From Lama glama (lineage: Eukaryota), in contig CM052816.1 of the NCBI GenBank assembly GCA_028534125.1, forward strand, positions 14,324,001-14,388,000: a stretch of 64,000 nt of DNA, read 5' to 3'. Below are positions 14,458-28,585 of this stretch, one piece after another. Every line of letters starts with the position of its first letter. Position 1 is the first letter of the stretch. The translations under genes and the position numbers were made by a program. The notes beneath the pieces are model-generated. The model did not search any database. It worked only from the letters and a program-made list of their open reading frames with translations, and was not told the origin of the DNA.

Positions 14458-14771
14458 AATCCTGTGGTATGAACCAACTAAAGTGTAAAATATAATAAAT
14501 TAGCATTTTGTTATCCTAAAAACTTCAAGAGGAAACTAAGAAACAAGATGCCTGCAGAGGTGCTCTATCACAGCACCAAGATGATTTCTGGATCACCAAA
14601 AGGGCATTCGGAGGTGCATCAAGAGAAACTGAGTCATTACCTAAGACAGTAGCCTGCATGTCAATATCATCTTAGCGGTGGCCCCTAGGTTCCCTAAGTC
14701 AAGGAGACATCCCTCAACAATGTCTCTCACAATTTGGAAAAGGGTCCTTTCTCATAGCTTTCCCCTGATGG

Positions 14772-14772
<1 letters not shown>

Positions 14773-14802
<30 letters not shown>
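14773..14802. repeat. (TA)n microsatellite
   Basis: Directly visible. Confidence 0.95.
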
Positions 14803-14807
<5 letters not shown>

Positions 14808-15352
14808 TTTAATTTTTTAAAGCGTACTTATTTTAAGTTAGGCAACACACATTTCACAAGTGTGTCTGTAAGAAAGGCTCTTTGTCACTTCTGTCTTTTA
14901 GCCACCCTGTTACCCTTTCCAGAAGCAATCACTGTTACCAGAAATAGTCTATGCATACACAAGTCTGCATAGTAGCAGTTTTTATTTTAGTTCAAGCAGT
15001 GGAATTCTATTCACAACGTCCTGTGCCTTGCTTTTTGTCCCCCCACCTTGCTTTTTCACTCAACCATTTATCTTAAGGCCCAGCATCATTGCATGTGACC
15101 ATCATGAACTGTGACAGGGCTGTGACCTTGGGATTTTTCATGGGCCGAAACTATCTGACTTGGGGCTGGGGAACTGGGCCCGCACTTAGGCTGATCCTGG
15201 AGCTCGTCATCTGGAGATGCTGGGGCAGGTCTGGGTACAACAGCGCCCACCGGGGTGAGGTGATCAGCACCAGCCCTCCTCTGCCCATCACTCAGGGACA
15301 CTTGTTTATTTTTAGAGCTTTTTCATCATTTTTAATTACACAGGAAATACAC

Positions 15353-15844
15353 TGTTGGGGAGGGGGAAATTTCCCTTTCTACCCTCCCTGAGTTCTCGTG
15401 GCTGGACTAATAATAAAATTGACACATGACAGGAGGAAAAGAAACACATTTTAATTCATGCACAAGGAGGTCCCATAGAAACGGGACCTCAGAAGTGGCC
15501 AAAGCAGCCATGTGAGGAATTGACAGGACAAAGAAACCTAGGTTTTGGGTGACCAATTAGTGAGGAATCTAGAGTTTGTGCTTGGAATAGGAAATGAAAG
15601 AAGTAACAAGATTTGTTTATATAGGCTCCTTGGCCTGAATCCCTATCTTTGGCGATAAGGGAGTCCTTCTGCCTCCAGGTGCAGGGAGGGCACCTTTCAC
15701 AGGAGAGATTTACTTCCTGCTTTCAAGGAGACAGAGAGGCAGGGTGTCCCCTCTGGCTTTGGCTGTTTCTTAAGTAACTTTAATTCCAAATCATCAGTAT
15801 GCCATTGAGGCACATTTGAAGGTAGCCTACCCTGGGCCCCAACA
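15353..15844 (-). mobile_element. ERV1-class solo LTR
   Basis: Inverted termini TGTTGGGG...CCCCAACA, 4-bp TSD acac on both sides. Confidence 0.85.
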
Positions 15845-18800
15845 ACACAAATAAATTTCTGCTGGAAAAAAGGCCAAACAATATCCACGCTCTCCTCAGA
15901 AGTACCCACTACAGCCAATTTGGCATTTTGTGCATCCTGAGCCTTTTGCTTTGTGGGGAAGGTCGTTTCTCTTGTTTCCCTACACGGGATCACAGTCTAT
16001 GGACTCTACAACTTGCTCTTCTCATTTAACACTTTGTCCTGGCCTTATTTCCATTTCAGGGTCTATAGACCTTTGTTCTCTGTAACCATCATATTACGGC
16101 TCCACTGTATGGATGCACCATAGTTTATGTAACAACTTTCCCCTTGATGAACGTTTAGGTTATTCCTGATTTTTTGTTATTACACCCCCACGCTGTATAC
16201 AAAAACTAGGCACAGGTAAAAATAATTCCTCTAAGATAGAAAAGAGGAATTTTTTTGAAGTAAAGCATATGCACGTTTAAAGTGTGAAGAGATACTCCCA
16301 AATTACCTTCCAAAAAGAAAGTTCAGGGATCTCCACTAGGCAGTGACATGGTAAGTGGTACAGGGCTGCTGTGTATGTACCCTTAGAGATTGTGACCTAA
16401 GACTGGCAGAGTGTTCACAAACAAAAAGAGGCATGCAAATCCACAGGATAGTGCAAACTCTAAAAAAAACACATAAAACACCATTTGCACTGTCATCAGG
16501 GATTGGGGGCGGAGAACGGTGAGCATGAAGGACGTGTCAGGAGAGCCCTTTCCTCACTCTTCCCCCTTCTAGGTCCCTGTCCTCTTCCTCCCCAGCCTCC
16601 GGTGGAATAAAGCAGTACGGCAACACCGATGGGAGAGAGAGGGGCCTTCGGGGGAGTGATGTAGGGCAAAAACTGGCATGTGCTTTAACACAGGCTTCAG
16701 GATGCTGCCACCACCAGCCCCCGCGAGCGAACTGCTGATGGTTAATTGCACTGACTCACATGCAAGTTTGCATCCCCTGGGCTTCTTTCTGGACAAGCTC
16801 TGCTCCTCAGTTTGTGATGTTATAAAATCATGAGCGGCTTGATTTCCCCAATCTCCCACTCTTCAGATATTATCTTTTCCTTCGATAACCAAATAAAATG
16901 GCTGCTTTTCCTGCTTCACAACCTACGGCAAGGCCATCTCCCTCCCCAGGATTTCTGCAGATGCCAGGGTTGCTTACGTTGTCCTGGTCACTTCCTGTCC
17001 CCATCCTGTTCCTGAATCTGCTGTTGGCCTCTCTGTTCTCACACCTCTCTCCATATTCATCACCACTGCTGTTCCTTCTTTAATTCTCCCAAACATCAAC
17101 GTTTTCTGAGGTCTGTGGGTAAAGGAGAGGTGTCACAACATAGTGCCGGACAGAAAACGTCATGATGAATAGCAGGCACCACGCTTCCGAACCCCTCCTT
17201 GACCACTGTACCCTGGTGGGGAGCTGCGGGCCAAACTTCTCAGACCCTGGCCTCATGGCAACCTGCCAGGTCACCTCCCCTCTCCCAAGAGCCCTCTGCC
17301 ATCTCCCCAGATTTCTTCCAATTTCACTGTCCAGGGAACAGCTCCTCAATTCCCTTTCCTTTATTCTTATTCAGCCCAGCAGTTGACCTCACTTGGTCTT
17401 GCACAGCGCTTGACAGGCCCCATCTATTCAAATCCAGGCTCTGCTACTGCTGCCTGTGTGGCCTTTAGTATGAGACTTGGCCCCTCTCAGCTCCAGTTTC
17501 TCAATAAGTGACAGCGGTCACATCAGAAGCACTAAGCACAGTCCCTGGTACATTAGTTCTAGGTATCCGTGAGGACGCCACTGCTCACGCCAGGACATGA
17601 CCTGTCAAGGCCTTCACCTCTCAAGAGAGCTGTTATTGCCCTAAGTTCTGCCACCACCCTAGGAAAGCTTCCTCTCAGCCCAGTTCCTTGGAGATGTTAC
17701 TTATGAAATGCACTAGTTCTCAGGGGTCACGTGGTGATGGAGAAAGAAGTTCCGGGGCAACTTAAATGCCCTTCCTGCGGCTGTGATACTGAGATTCAGT
17801 GCAACCCTCCCCTTTGCACTCTGCCACCCCTCCCTTCACAGATGGCAGCTGCACCTCCCCCGCTCAAGGCAGACACTTGGGAGTCATCTGTGAACCCACC
17901 TTTCCATCATCCCCCACCCTCAGCCCCCCAGAAAGCCCTGCAAGTTTTCTACACAGCCACCAGGCCAAGCCCATGCGCCTGGGCCACCCCAGCAGTCTCC
18001 CTGCTGGCTGCCCTGCTTCCCCCAGTCCCTCGTCCAGCAGACTAGCAGAGCCATTTAGAAAGAGGTCAGTTTCCTCTCCTGCGTAAAACCCATCAGTGCT
18101 TCCTATTGCCTTTAGAGTAAAATCCAGACTCCTTGGCGAGGCCGAACTCCAATGCTGCCTCTCCAGCTTCACTTCCTGCTGTCCTCACCAACTCCCCTCC
18201 TTTCTCCTCCATATCCACGTCCCTGGAACACCCCTCACACCCGCAGCAATTCCCTGGCTCCTTCTTAGCTTGCCAGTTTCGGCGCAGAAAGACCTTCCCT
18301 GACCACCCACTGTCTCCAGTTTCTCGGCATCATCCCACCCTATTTACCACCTTCCGAGTTTCTCTCTACTCATCTGTTTACTGACTTCTCCCCCCCAAAA
18401 CTGTGAGCTCCCTGAGGGCGGGGGCTCTGTTTATCTTGTCTGGTCCACTGTTCTGCCCCCCCCCAGTGCCTCACATAGTAGGCTCACAGTATATACTTGT
18501 TGAATGAATGAGCAAACAAATGAATGAACACATCAACCAGGAAAATGAAAAGGACACCTCCTGGGGAAGCTGTGATCTGGGAAGACGCTCCAAGGGAGAG
18601 GTCCCCAGGGAGCTCTCTCTCCACATAGGAGCTTGGTTCCTCACTGTGAGACAGGTGTAGACTGGAACAGGAGTGACAGCCCTGAAGCCCCAGGAGCCTC
18701 CACCAGTTTCCCGAGATGGGAGAGGGAACGTCTCTCCATCACTCAGAAATGCCTGGACTCTCGCAGCAAAAGGGCAGAGCTGCTGCCTCCAATGCTGATT

Positions 18801-21800
18801 TCCACACAGCGGATGCCTTCTTCCACCCACAAGAGAGCCCACTGAGTTGCCATAGCAACAGAGGACTGCGCCAGAGTCCAAATAGGAATGTCTGCATCTC
18901 TCAGCACGTCTTCTGGGGAGGGCGGAGGGTGGGGGTCAGTCCCCAGTCACGCCCTGCCTCTGTCTGCCTCTGGCCTGTCCTAGTCTCTAAGCAAAACACC
19001 TCCTCTGCCCCTCGCCCCCACCTCCCTTGAACATCTGAGGAAGCACTCCCTTCAGAGCCTTCTCCTCTGTTTTCTCTCTCCTGCTGTGGAAGGCGAGGGG
19101 AGGGACGGCCTCATCTTTGTATCCTGTCCAGGCCCACAAATTGGCCGGAAGAACAAAGGAGAAGGGCTCTCTGATGGCTCACTGCTCTCAAGACTGCCTT
19201 AAGAATGTTTGCTTTTTAAATATCACTTTGTTGATCTAACTGGTCGCCTCCTGGGTTTTTTGGGGTTTTTTTTTGTTTTTTTGAGGCTCTGCTGGCAGCC
19301 TTTTTCATATTCCTAAAGAAGCAACACCTGGCTTTTACTCCCCAGGAGCTAAGCACCCTTTGGGAGAGCTGCTGAGAAGCAGTTTGTGTCATTTGTTGAA
19401 AGAGTGACAGTAGCATCTACCAGTCACTAAGGGAGTGTGTGACACTCATCACTTGTCTCAATCCTTACAACCACCCTGGAGAAAAGGCAGTATAGTCCCT
19501 CTTTACAGGAAAGGACACTGAGGCTCCCTCATTCCTGAGGGTCACACGGCTGCTAAGAGGCCACACATCGATCTGTACCCTGCACTCTGAGACTCTGAAA
19601 CCCAAGCCGTTGGCCACTGCTCTATATCGGGAGGTAAAAGGAGCTACAGGGAATGACCACAGTGAGCTTCTCCAGCCCCAGCCAGCCCCCTGGGGTCCTC
19701 ACGTGGCCCCATCTTGACCACAGTGGTCAGCACTTGTTGGCTCAGGCCCCAAGCCGCATCACCCCCGCAGGGATCTGACGGCAACTCGCTCAGAGTGGGA
19801 ACAAAGGCAGCTTTTTCAGCCTCTTCTTTAGAAACCTTGACTCATCGCCACAGAAGAGGCCCCTCGGATTGGCTGCTACCATGACAACTGGCTGCCGATC
19901 GCTGTCCAATTATGTCAGCCCCGAACTGCAGTGCCTCCGTGTCCATTTCCTGTCTGAGCGCCCCAGCCCGCCAGCGCAGCCCCTGTGACCTCCAGGCAGC
20001 TCTGAATGCCTCCGCCTTCTAATTACAGCTGCCTTTCAGTTCGCTAGTCCTGCCGGAAACCTTTGTAATCTGCATTGAATTTCTCCTCTCAAGAGCCCAT
20101 TTGTCATACCCAGCCTCTGGCTCTTTATCTGTGGTTTAGGGAGCATTGATTGTGTTATCCAGCCTCGCCCCGGCACACTCACTCACCTGATGCTCAGGGA
20201 GCTTGGACACACAAATTTTCAAACATCCGGAACTTAGTGTCTGGCACAAATCTGCTGCAATTGTGACCTTGTCTGAGGTTTACCATGGCCTGACTTCAAG
20301 CCTGATTTCTTTGTTCAGTCATTTATTCATTAAATGACTTATGAGCATCTACTTGGTTCCAAGCACTAGGGACACCACGTTAAACAAGACAGAATGGAAC
20401 TTGACATTTCTCCAGGAGAGAGGGGGTATAAATAAACAGGAAAACATACAAATAAACATAATTTGCTGTAGTGGTAAGTGTGGTGCAGATAAAGGAACTG
20501 AGGGGCGCTGACCCAGGGCTGGATGTCTTCCCCTGTGCTCATCTAAGCTCCCCACTTGGAGAGGGAGGGGTACACCAAATGAGGGTTGAGGAGATGGTGC
20601 TTGGTGTCCAGTGACCACTTTGGGGTGCAAGGGGCAGAGACCAAACTTAGGGAGGAGTGTTCTTAAGGCAGTGACGCAGCTGGGGAGGTGAGGCCCAAAA
20701 GTCATCAGGACTCCACCCCCATCTCGTGCCCCTCTCCTTCATCATCAGCATCCTTCTTTCTCCTTGCAGTGGCTTCTCTTTACAAGGCAGGAGGCGTGGC
20801 TGCTGACAGATCCTATGAATTCTACTTTTCACAGCCTCAGTCATTGAAGACAGCCTGATCTCAAGCACTCTCCTATTTCAAGACCAAAATGCCAAGGGAA
20901 GAGGCTCGTTGGGCCAGGTGGGAGGTTCCCAGGCCTGGACTGACCATTGAAGGTCAAGGACAGGATCAGAGTCCTGACAAGGAGACTCCCAAGTTTCCAG
21001 TGGAAGGAACAGACCACCCCAGGTCTAGACCGTTCTTACAAAGTGAGGCCCATGGCATTGGGTGCCCCTGCTATGCCCTCGTCCCCACCCCACTCCACCC
21101 CTACATCTGCTTTCTTACTTTTATGGTCTCACTTCTGTTTCAGAGAGGCAGCCTTGGGGCTTTTTCCTCAGTTCCATCCCAGCTCTTAAGGTCACCCTCT
21201 GTTCTGGGGGCTTCTCTGCCCGCCTCACCCTGTGTCGCCCTCATGTAGAGCCCCACCCATTTCATGCATGAGCCCAAATCACCACCAGCACTGGGAGATT
21301 GTGTACAGCAGGTTTACTGAAGGTCTGGGGGTGATGGATGGGGAACATTTTGTAGCTCAGAACAAGACCAACTTGTGGGCTGATTCTCACTGTCTTCTAT
21401 CCTTAGAGCTCACACTAGAGATCTTATCTGGTTTCCCTCCCTCCTGACCTCATGCCCTGCCCCCAGTTCCCAGCAGCCACCGGCAAATTCTTTGTTACTT
21501 TCTGCTGCAGAGGTATTCAGCTGTCCGCCTCCACTCAAATCAGGTTCCTGTGCCAACCCCAGCATATTCTAAAAACACATTAAGGAGCTTTGCTAAACAA
21601 AAGAATTTTCATCCTGAGCCTGCAAAGGATAGGAGAAAGCCTTAGAACAGTAGTTAACTGGTTTAACTTATCCCACTCTCAAATTCTGAGGGCTCCGGTT
21701 CCCAGGGACCAGAGCAAGGACAGGAAGTTGGCTGGAGGAGTTCACGCAGAGACTCTGGTTTACCCAGGATGAAACACTGTCCTCCTCCGTGCGGAGCTCC

Positions 21801-22804
21801 CGTAAGGCTGACTGGGACAACTTACACACGGTACACCCCCCTACACCTACTTTGAGGTTATATGGGGGTCACGTGCTTGGATCCCTGAGACTTCCTTCAG
21901 GGGAGGGGCTCAGCAGGTCCCACACTAGCCCAACCCCCTGAGGGTGACACAGAGGAAGAACGAATGGCTCCCAGACTGCAGAGGTTGGGGACACCTCAGC
22001 AAAGGACAGCAGATTCCATTCAGGGAAGACAAAGGGTAACATGGACCTGCTCTCCCACCGGCAGTTACATATTCCAGCTGAAGAAGTTCAAGTCCGTGCT
22101 TGCCTTTCCAATGCCTGCCCTTTTCACTCGCAGCACTGCGGGGCTCAGCAAAGGCTAGAATCCTAACTGAGTTGCCTCCTCTGGGTCTCTCTACGGGATG
22201 CGTGAAGATTAAAAGATGACAGTCATCTGGAAGCTGTGCCCTGACACATCTCCAGCTGCCTGAAGCTATTTCTGTGAATAACCAGAGCCCTCTCGATGAC
22301 CTCAACCTGTATGGAGGTAGACTGCTCACACGGCCCCTCCTGTCTTCTGGTGCCTTGACTTAGAGGCCATGTTTAATCTTCTGGAGGGATGGGGGACAGG
22401 GATGGGGAAACCAGCTGTCTGTTCTAATTCTGTCCTCCTCCCCCCGAGAGATTTCACATGAGGAGAGTTACCAAGACCTTGGTGCTCGCTCCTTCCTTAG
22501 AAGGTTGGTTCCTTTCCCTTAACTCAGATTTCCTGGAGCCTGGTCCTATTACGGACTTTGTGGTCTGGGCAAACTGCAGGCGATTTCTGCAAATGCATTT
22601 GACTTTGAACCTAGGACTAGGCTACATGGCCTTGAGATCACTCTCTCTCCTTACAAGAGGGACGAGCAGGTTAGGGGAATGAGTACTGGGCCAGGAACCA
22701 GGGAACTTTGATAATCTGGTCCTGACTCTGAGGAAGTCTGACTGTGAGCAGGTGACACGCATTTCGGGGCCTTGGTTTCCTCACCTGTCAGATGCACGGT
22801 TCAA

Positions 22805-23085
22805 CAGTTTTCTAAACCACAGTCACTCATCTCCACCTTCATACTTTTTGTCATACCTGTGGATCACCTGTCCTATTACATACTTAATACTTTTCTGAAA
22901 ATTGATTTATCTTTATAACTTGGCTCCATGCTAAGCAATGTGTCCATGAAATCACATATTTAATGGCTAGTTTTATTTTTTCGACTATGTGCTAACAAAT
23001 ACCTAGTTTTAATCATACTCATCTGTATAATCCCTAAAACTACCCTGAGTACCAAAACACATGCACCACCCTTTGGAAACGCTGG
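22805..23085. mobile_element. hAT-Charlie MITE (MER112-like); related copy in opposite orientation at ~31405-31705
   Basis: cagttttctaaac...ccaccttcatactttttgtcatacc...ttggaaacgctg. Confidence 0.55.
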
Positions 23086-23799
23086 ATTAGAGCATCATGT
23101 GAGCTCCCAATGTCTTCAGCCCTACTGTGAAATTCTAATAATCCCCAAAAGGAAAAGTAGTTTCAGAAAGAAAAAATACATTATTCCTGAGCCAACAGCT
23201 TGCATGACCCCTGGGACAAAATTGTTGTGTTTGGACAACTTTTTCTCTCCCATCATAGTTTACAGCCCTCAACTCAGACTCCAGTTTCCAGAGCCTGAGG
23301 AGTAAGCGGGGTCTTGGCCCCTGCACTTCTCTTGGAGTTTCACATGCTCCACTGAAGGCCTCAGTCCCAAAATGCCCCACTTGTGTCAGGTGGAGGGACT
23401 GCTGCGGCCCAGGAGGAAAGGGCCAACCCCTTCCCACCTTCCCACCAACCCCTCAGGTGGCTGGAGTGGTGGCCTTTCAGCCTGAGTTCAGCAATCCCAA
23501 GGTTAAAGCAAGTCTTTGTTGGGCTGGCAGCCTTATCTGGTTCCCTTCACGCCCCCAATGCTTCCTGGAACTATTTGGATGATACAATCTGAGATACTCA
23601 TGGGGATCCTTGGCTGGGAACTCTCTTCTCTGCTAAGAAATTGGCAAGCGAGGGAGAGGAGAGTTGAGCAGCTGCAGGGTTGGGCCGGGGGAGGGGACAA
23701 AAGATGTTTCCCTGGTGGAAGAAGTCATCCCTGACACCTGCACAGCGAAACAAAAGGTGAACAAATCACCAGCCAAATCATCAATGCTGGTCTTTCGCT

Positions 23800-24500
23800 A
23801 CCTCAGGGGTTCCCAAATCTGGCTGATCACCAAAATCACTTGAAGGGATTTAAAAATAAAGTAAAACAGAAAGTTAAATGCTGTGATTCCAGCCCTAGGT
23901 GTTTACCCGTGATAAAGGAAAATATATTGATAGCAGCTTTATTCACAAGAGCCAGAAGCAATCCTAAAAGACCCCCCAGTAGGTGAAGAGAGAAACAAAC
24001 TGAGGCAGAGCCATGTGGTGGAGTACCACTCAGCAACAGAAAGGAATGAAGGTGATGTGATACGTGCAGCAACATGGATGGAGCTGAAGAACATCATGAG
24101 AAGCAAAAACAAAAACAAAAACAAAAACAAAACAAAACCAGACACAAAAAAAGTGAGTACCGTACGATTCCGCGGATGTTCAAGAACAGGCAAAACCCAC
24201 CTATGGTGATGGAATCAGAACACTGGCAGTCCACGCAGGGTGGGGATGGATTTAATTTTCTGGGGCTATGGAAGTGTTCTATACCTACACATTTGTCAAA
24301 ACTCATCCAACTGTACCCTGAAGATCGGTGTATTTCACTGCAGGTAAATTTTACCTTAATTTAAAAACAACTGAAAAATATATCCGCTGACCCCATCCCA
24401 TTCCTACTGGATCAGAATCTCCAGAGGCAGAATCTGGAAAATGGTATTTTAAAAAACTGCCCAGGTGATCCTGCTGCACAGCCAGACACAGGAACTTTTG
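23800..24500. mobile_element. MER5-like MITE split by an old L1 3' end (L1 ~23890-24370, + strand)
   Basis: MER5 left part caggggttcccaaatctggctg; right part ggatcagaatctcc...gcccaggtgatcctg; L1 text acatggatggagctgaagaacatcatg in between. Confidence 0.7.
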
Positions 24501-25564
24501 GCCCTAGAAAGCTTTGGTTGACACTGTTTGCCAGATCTGAGAAAGTTCTAGGGCTGCTACTAGGAAGAAAGACCGTGAAAATAGCTACTGCTTACTGAGC
24601 ACTTATAATCTCAAATTCTCCCAATAACCTAGCAAAGCAGGTATTATTCTCCCCATTTTACAGATTAAAAAACTGAGAGCAAGATCTTTGCCCGAATCAC
24701 ACAGCTGGTAAGCAGCAAAACCACTTAGCCCAAGCCTTCTTTACTACAAATAGCTCATCCTTTCCACCATTTGTTCATTCAAACAATCAAAAACAAATAA
24801 GCACTGAATGCCTTCCCAGAACCGAGCCATCTGTGGGTCCCGATGTTGTACCAACCACCCTGAGACGACTCGAAGGAGGAGTGATGGGCGAGCGAGATGA
24901 AGTCTGTGAGGCAGCATTGCCCTTAGCTTCGTCGACTTGAGGAGGAAGAGGGATCCCGGGCCTCTTTTGATTTTAATTATTCAGGTGGTTTGGGGAAAGG
25001 CAGGAGGTTTGTGGTTATATAAGCAGAGCTAAAGGAAGCCTCTGTGTTGCTTACTTTGGGAACTTTCCAGAAGCTAACACCAACAGCAGGTCATGTTCCA
25101 AATGGGTTAAAATCATTATCAGATTATGAATAATTCACAAGGCACCCCCTGTTACCCATTACATTTTGTTCTACATAATTGCCTCCTGGAAATCTGCTCC
25201 CAGTGCAGGGAATTGGGAGCAGGCATGAAATTGAGTATTTCTGCCTTTGACAAGTAAATTTAAACAAAATTGTGAATTAGTTTCAGTCCACTGCTGCCTG
25301 TCCCCTTTGACGTGATAGGACTGGTCTTGTACCCCAGCAAAATAACTGAGCAAGAGGAAAAGGATCTAGCTTCCTTACAAGGGAAGTCAGCCTAAGCTCC
25401 TGTTCATACCAGGCAGTGTCCCAAGGGTACTAACTATCGTGGAGGAATCAGGGTGGGACAGAGAGCTGGAGGGGGGAAGTCTAGGGGAGAATCAGAGTCA
25501 AATCACAACATGTACTCTGGACGGCATGACATAAAGATGGGAATGACCAGGATGATAAGAGTAA

Positions 25565-26090
25565 TTTTTTTAAAATTGAGATTTAATTCACCCTTTTAAA
25601 GTATATAAGTCATTGTACCCCAGCCTCTGGCAACCATTAACCTACTTTCTGTCTATAAATTTGCCCGTTATGAATATTTCATATAAATGGAATCACAGAA
25701 TATGTGGCCTTTTGTGACAAGCTCCTTCAACTTAACATACTATTTTCAAAGTTCACCCATGTTGTAGCATGGATCAGAACTTCGGTCCTTTTTATTGCTG
25801 AATAATATTCCATTGTGTGAGTATATTATACTTTGTTTACCCATCCAGCACTTAGTGGAAATTGGTTTGTTTCCCCTTTTTTGATTATTATGAGTAATGT
25901 GGCTATGAACATTCATGTACAGGTTTTTATGTGAATGTATGTTTTCAGTTCCCTTGGGCATATACATAGGAAAAGAACTGCTGGGTCGTAGGATAACGTA
26001 TGTTCAATTTTTCGAGGAAATGCCCAACTGTTTTCCACTATGGCCGCACCACTTTATGATACTCCCCCCAGCAATGTACAAGGTTCTGCC
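25565..26090 (-). mobile_element. Old L1 fragment
   Basis: tttcaaagttcacccatgttgtagcatgg...ttttattgctgaataatattccattg. Confidence 0.8.
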
Positions 26091-26407
26091 CTTTGCTAGC
26101 AACACCTTTCTTTCCCCAGCAATACCCTTGCTTTATCTGCCTGGTATCTGTTCTATGTACCAGTCACAGCTTCTCTGAAAACCTAATCTACATTACTGGT
26201 TTCCTGTGTCATCCCTCTGGATAACACATTCACAATTTAAGAAGAGCTTCCCGGAGATACAATAATACATTATTCAGGACACGTCCCAATCAAAACATCT
26301 GAAGCAGAAAGTGGATTTATTTACTTATGTAGCTGGGAAGATAGTGGGTAGCTTACAGAATCTAATGGGAGTTACAGGAATCAAAGCTTCAGCTTCAAGG
26401 TGAATCA

Positions 26408-26448
<41 letters not shown>
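26408..26448. repeat. (TC)n microsatellite
   Basis: Directly visible. Confidence 0.95.
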
Positions 26449-26452
<4 letters not shown>

Positions 26453-27544
26453 CCCCCATCTTTTCTGAATCTCCCTCTTGTTTCTTTGGTTCCCTCCTCC
26501 CATGACAGTCTCTCCATATCTCATCTCTGGAGCCTCAGCTTGGCCTCATTCCACGTCAGGTTCTTTCCATGCACAAGGATGATGGCTGCCAGCAGCTCAG
26601 ACTTCCATCCTCCCAGGTAAGCAGCCCCAGGGATAGTTTCAGGTCTAGGGACAGGGACCTTCTCTCTCCTAGCATCATGTATGTCATGTCCATCTGGATC
26701 AATCATGGGTCCAGGAAAATGAAGTCTAATGTTTGGCTTACACTGGCTCCTACAGCTGTGGCCAGATCAGAAGAAGGGGAATGGAGGTACTAGGGGAGGC
26801 GATGGAAGAGACATGCTGGACAACCCAAAATAACCACTGCCGAAGACCTTATTCAAAGGGGAAGCGCTCATGTTAGAAATCTCTGACATTGTGGAAATTC
26901 CAAAATCATAGAGAGAAGGCTATTGTGGGGCAGGAAGGGCCTGAAAGAAAAAAAAAAAAACCCTTAGCTTATTCTGTCTGGGTCTGGAGCCAACCTGGTC
27001 TGGAGGTCTGCACAATCTCCCCAAGTAACAGAGGATACTAAGTCCCTGGAAACCCAACAGGCACTTTTCAAATTATAGGGCAGCAGCATCACCGCAGCAC
27101 ACGTGGAGACCGGAGCAGACCCACACGTAACCTGATTACTGCCTCCTCAGTCATTTCACTCGGTTGCAATTTTGCTTTTTCCAAATGAGTGGAATGGAAT
27201 CTTTTTTAGAAAATGGAAGGATAAACTTCAGTAATTGAAAGCATTTTCTATTTTACTCTCAGTGGGTTCTAAAATCTCAGAAGGACTCTCAAAGGACTTC
27301 CAAAACTTCTCAAATAAGGTTAAATGGTTATTAGAGCCCACATGTTCAATAGAGAAAATGAGCTGAATCCTTAGATGTTAGAGTTGGAAGACCCTGTGGG
27401 GACCACCTAGTCCCCCCACTTGTTTGCCACAGGGAGCAGTTGAGGCCCAGAGCTGGAAGGGACGTGTCTGGTGGTGCAGATAAAAGTGGCAGAGCTGGCA
27501 TTAAATCCAGCTCTCCCAGTTCATGCTCCCTCTTTTTTTTCTTT

Positions 27545-27800
27545 CTTTAAATTCTTATTTTCACTGAAGTGTAGTCAATTTACAATGTTAGTTTCAGGTG
27601 TACAGCAAAGCAATTCAGATGTATATATATTATATTATATTATATACATATATATATATTATTCAGATTCTTTTCCATTACAGCTCATTACCAGAAACTG
27701 AATACAGTTCTCTGTGCTATGCAGTAGGTCCTTGTTGTTTATCTATTTTATATATAGTAATGTAGATCTGTTAATCCCAAACTCCTACTAATCTATTTCC
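27545..27800 (-). mobile_element. Cetartiodactyl-type L1 3' end
   Basis: gtagtcaatttacaatgttagtttcaggtgtacagcaaag...ctgtgctatgcagtaggtccttgttg. Confidence 0.85.
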
Positions 27801-28488
27801 TTCTTCTTGACCAAGGCCTCTTCTTGTCTGCACTCTCCCTATGAGTGCAAACTTAGATTAAAAAACAAATAAATATGGCTCCAGATACATAGTACGGGCA
27901 TTAAGAGGAGGTGCTCAATGGTTGCAAAGACTTTCCGTTTTAAGTCACTCTTTGGGCATTGCAGGAACCCAGTCTATGCCTGGGGGAGGATTTCTTGCTG
28001 AAATCAGCACTGCGGGCGCCATAATCCAGCTGTGAGTCACAAACTGCACAGAAAGCATCCTAATGAGGTTTCTTTTTTCTTTTCTTTCTTTTTTTTTTTT
28101 TGAGTGAGAGAAGAGAGTCCTTAGGGGTGAGAACGGAAAGACGGGCAGACATTTTGGAGCTGCTGCACTGAAGAGCTGAAATCAACAGACGCCATCTGAG
28201 TACTGGCTGTGCATAAGGTTCTGTGGGCAGAACAAAGACATTTCACATCCAATTCTAGTCCAGTCACCCAGGAGAGGAGACACGCTTCTGGGATGTGTTT
28301 TGGGGGGTCTATTTGTGTCTGTGCGCATGCGTGCATGAATTTATAAGCTCTCTTCCTGCTAAGAGATTAGTTCTTGTCTGTCTCGTAAGTTGCAAATATC
28401 TCTCTGCAGCTTTCATTTGTCTTTCGGTTTGTTTTTCCCTTCTGAAGCATTTCATATCCATACGTGACCATATCCATCAATCATTTCT

Positions 28489-28585
28489 TTTTTATTTTTA
28501 ATACAGTGTCTTTTTTTGGCAGGGGGGAGGTAATTAGATTTATTTATTTATTTTAACTGAGGTTCTGGGGAATGAACCCAGGACA
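28489..28585 (-). mobile_element. Vic-1-like SINE, 3' half
   Basis: gggggaggtaattagatttatttattt...gaggttctggggaatgaacccaggac. Confidence 0.75.

Noticed and set aside
28003..28020. REST/RE1-like tcagcactgcgggcgcc
   Set aside because: Right half-site (GGACAG) missing; too many mismatches.
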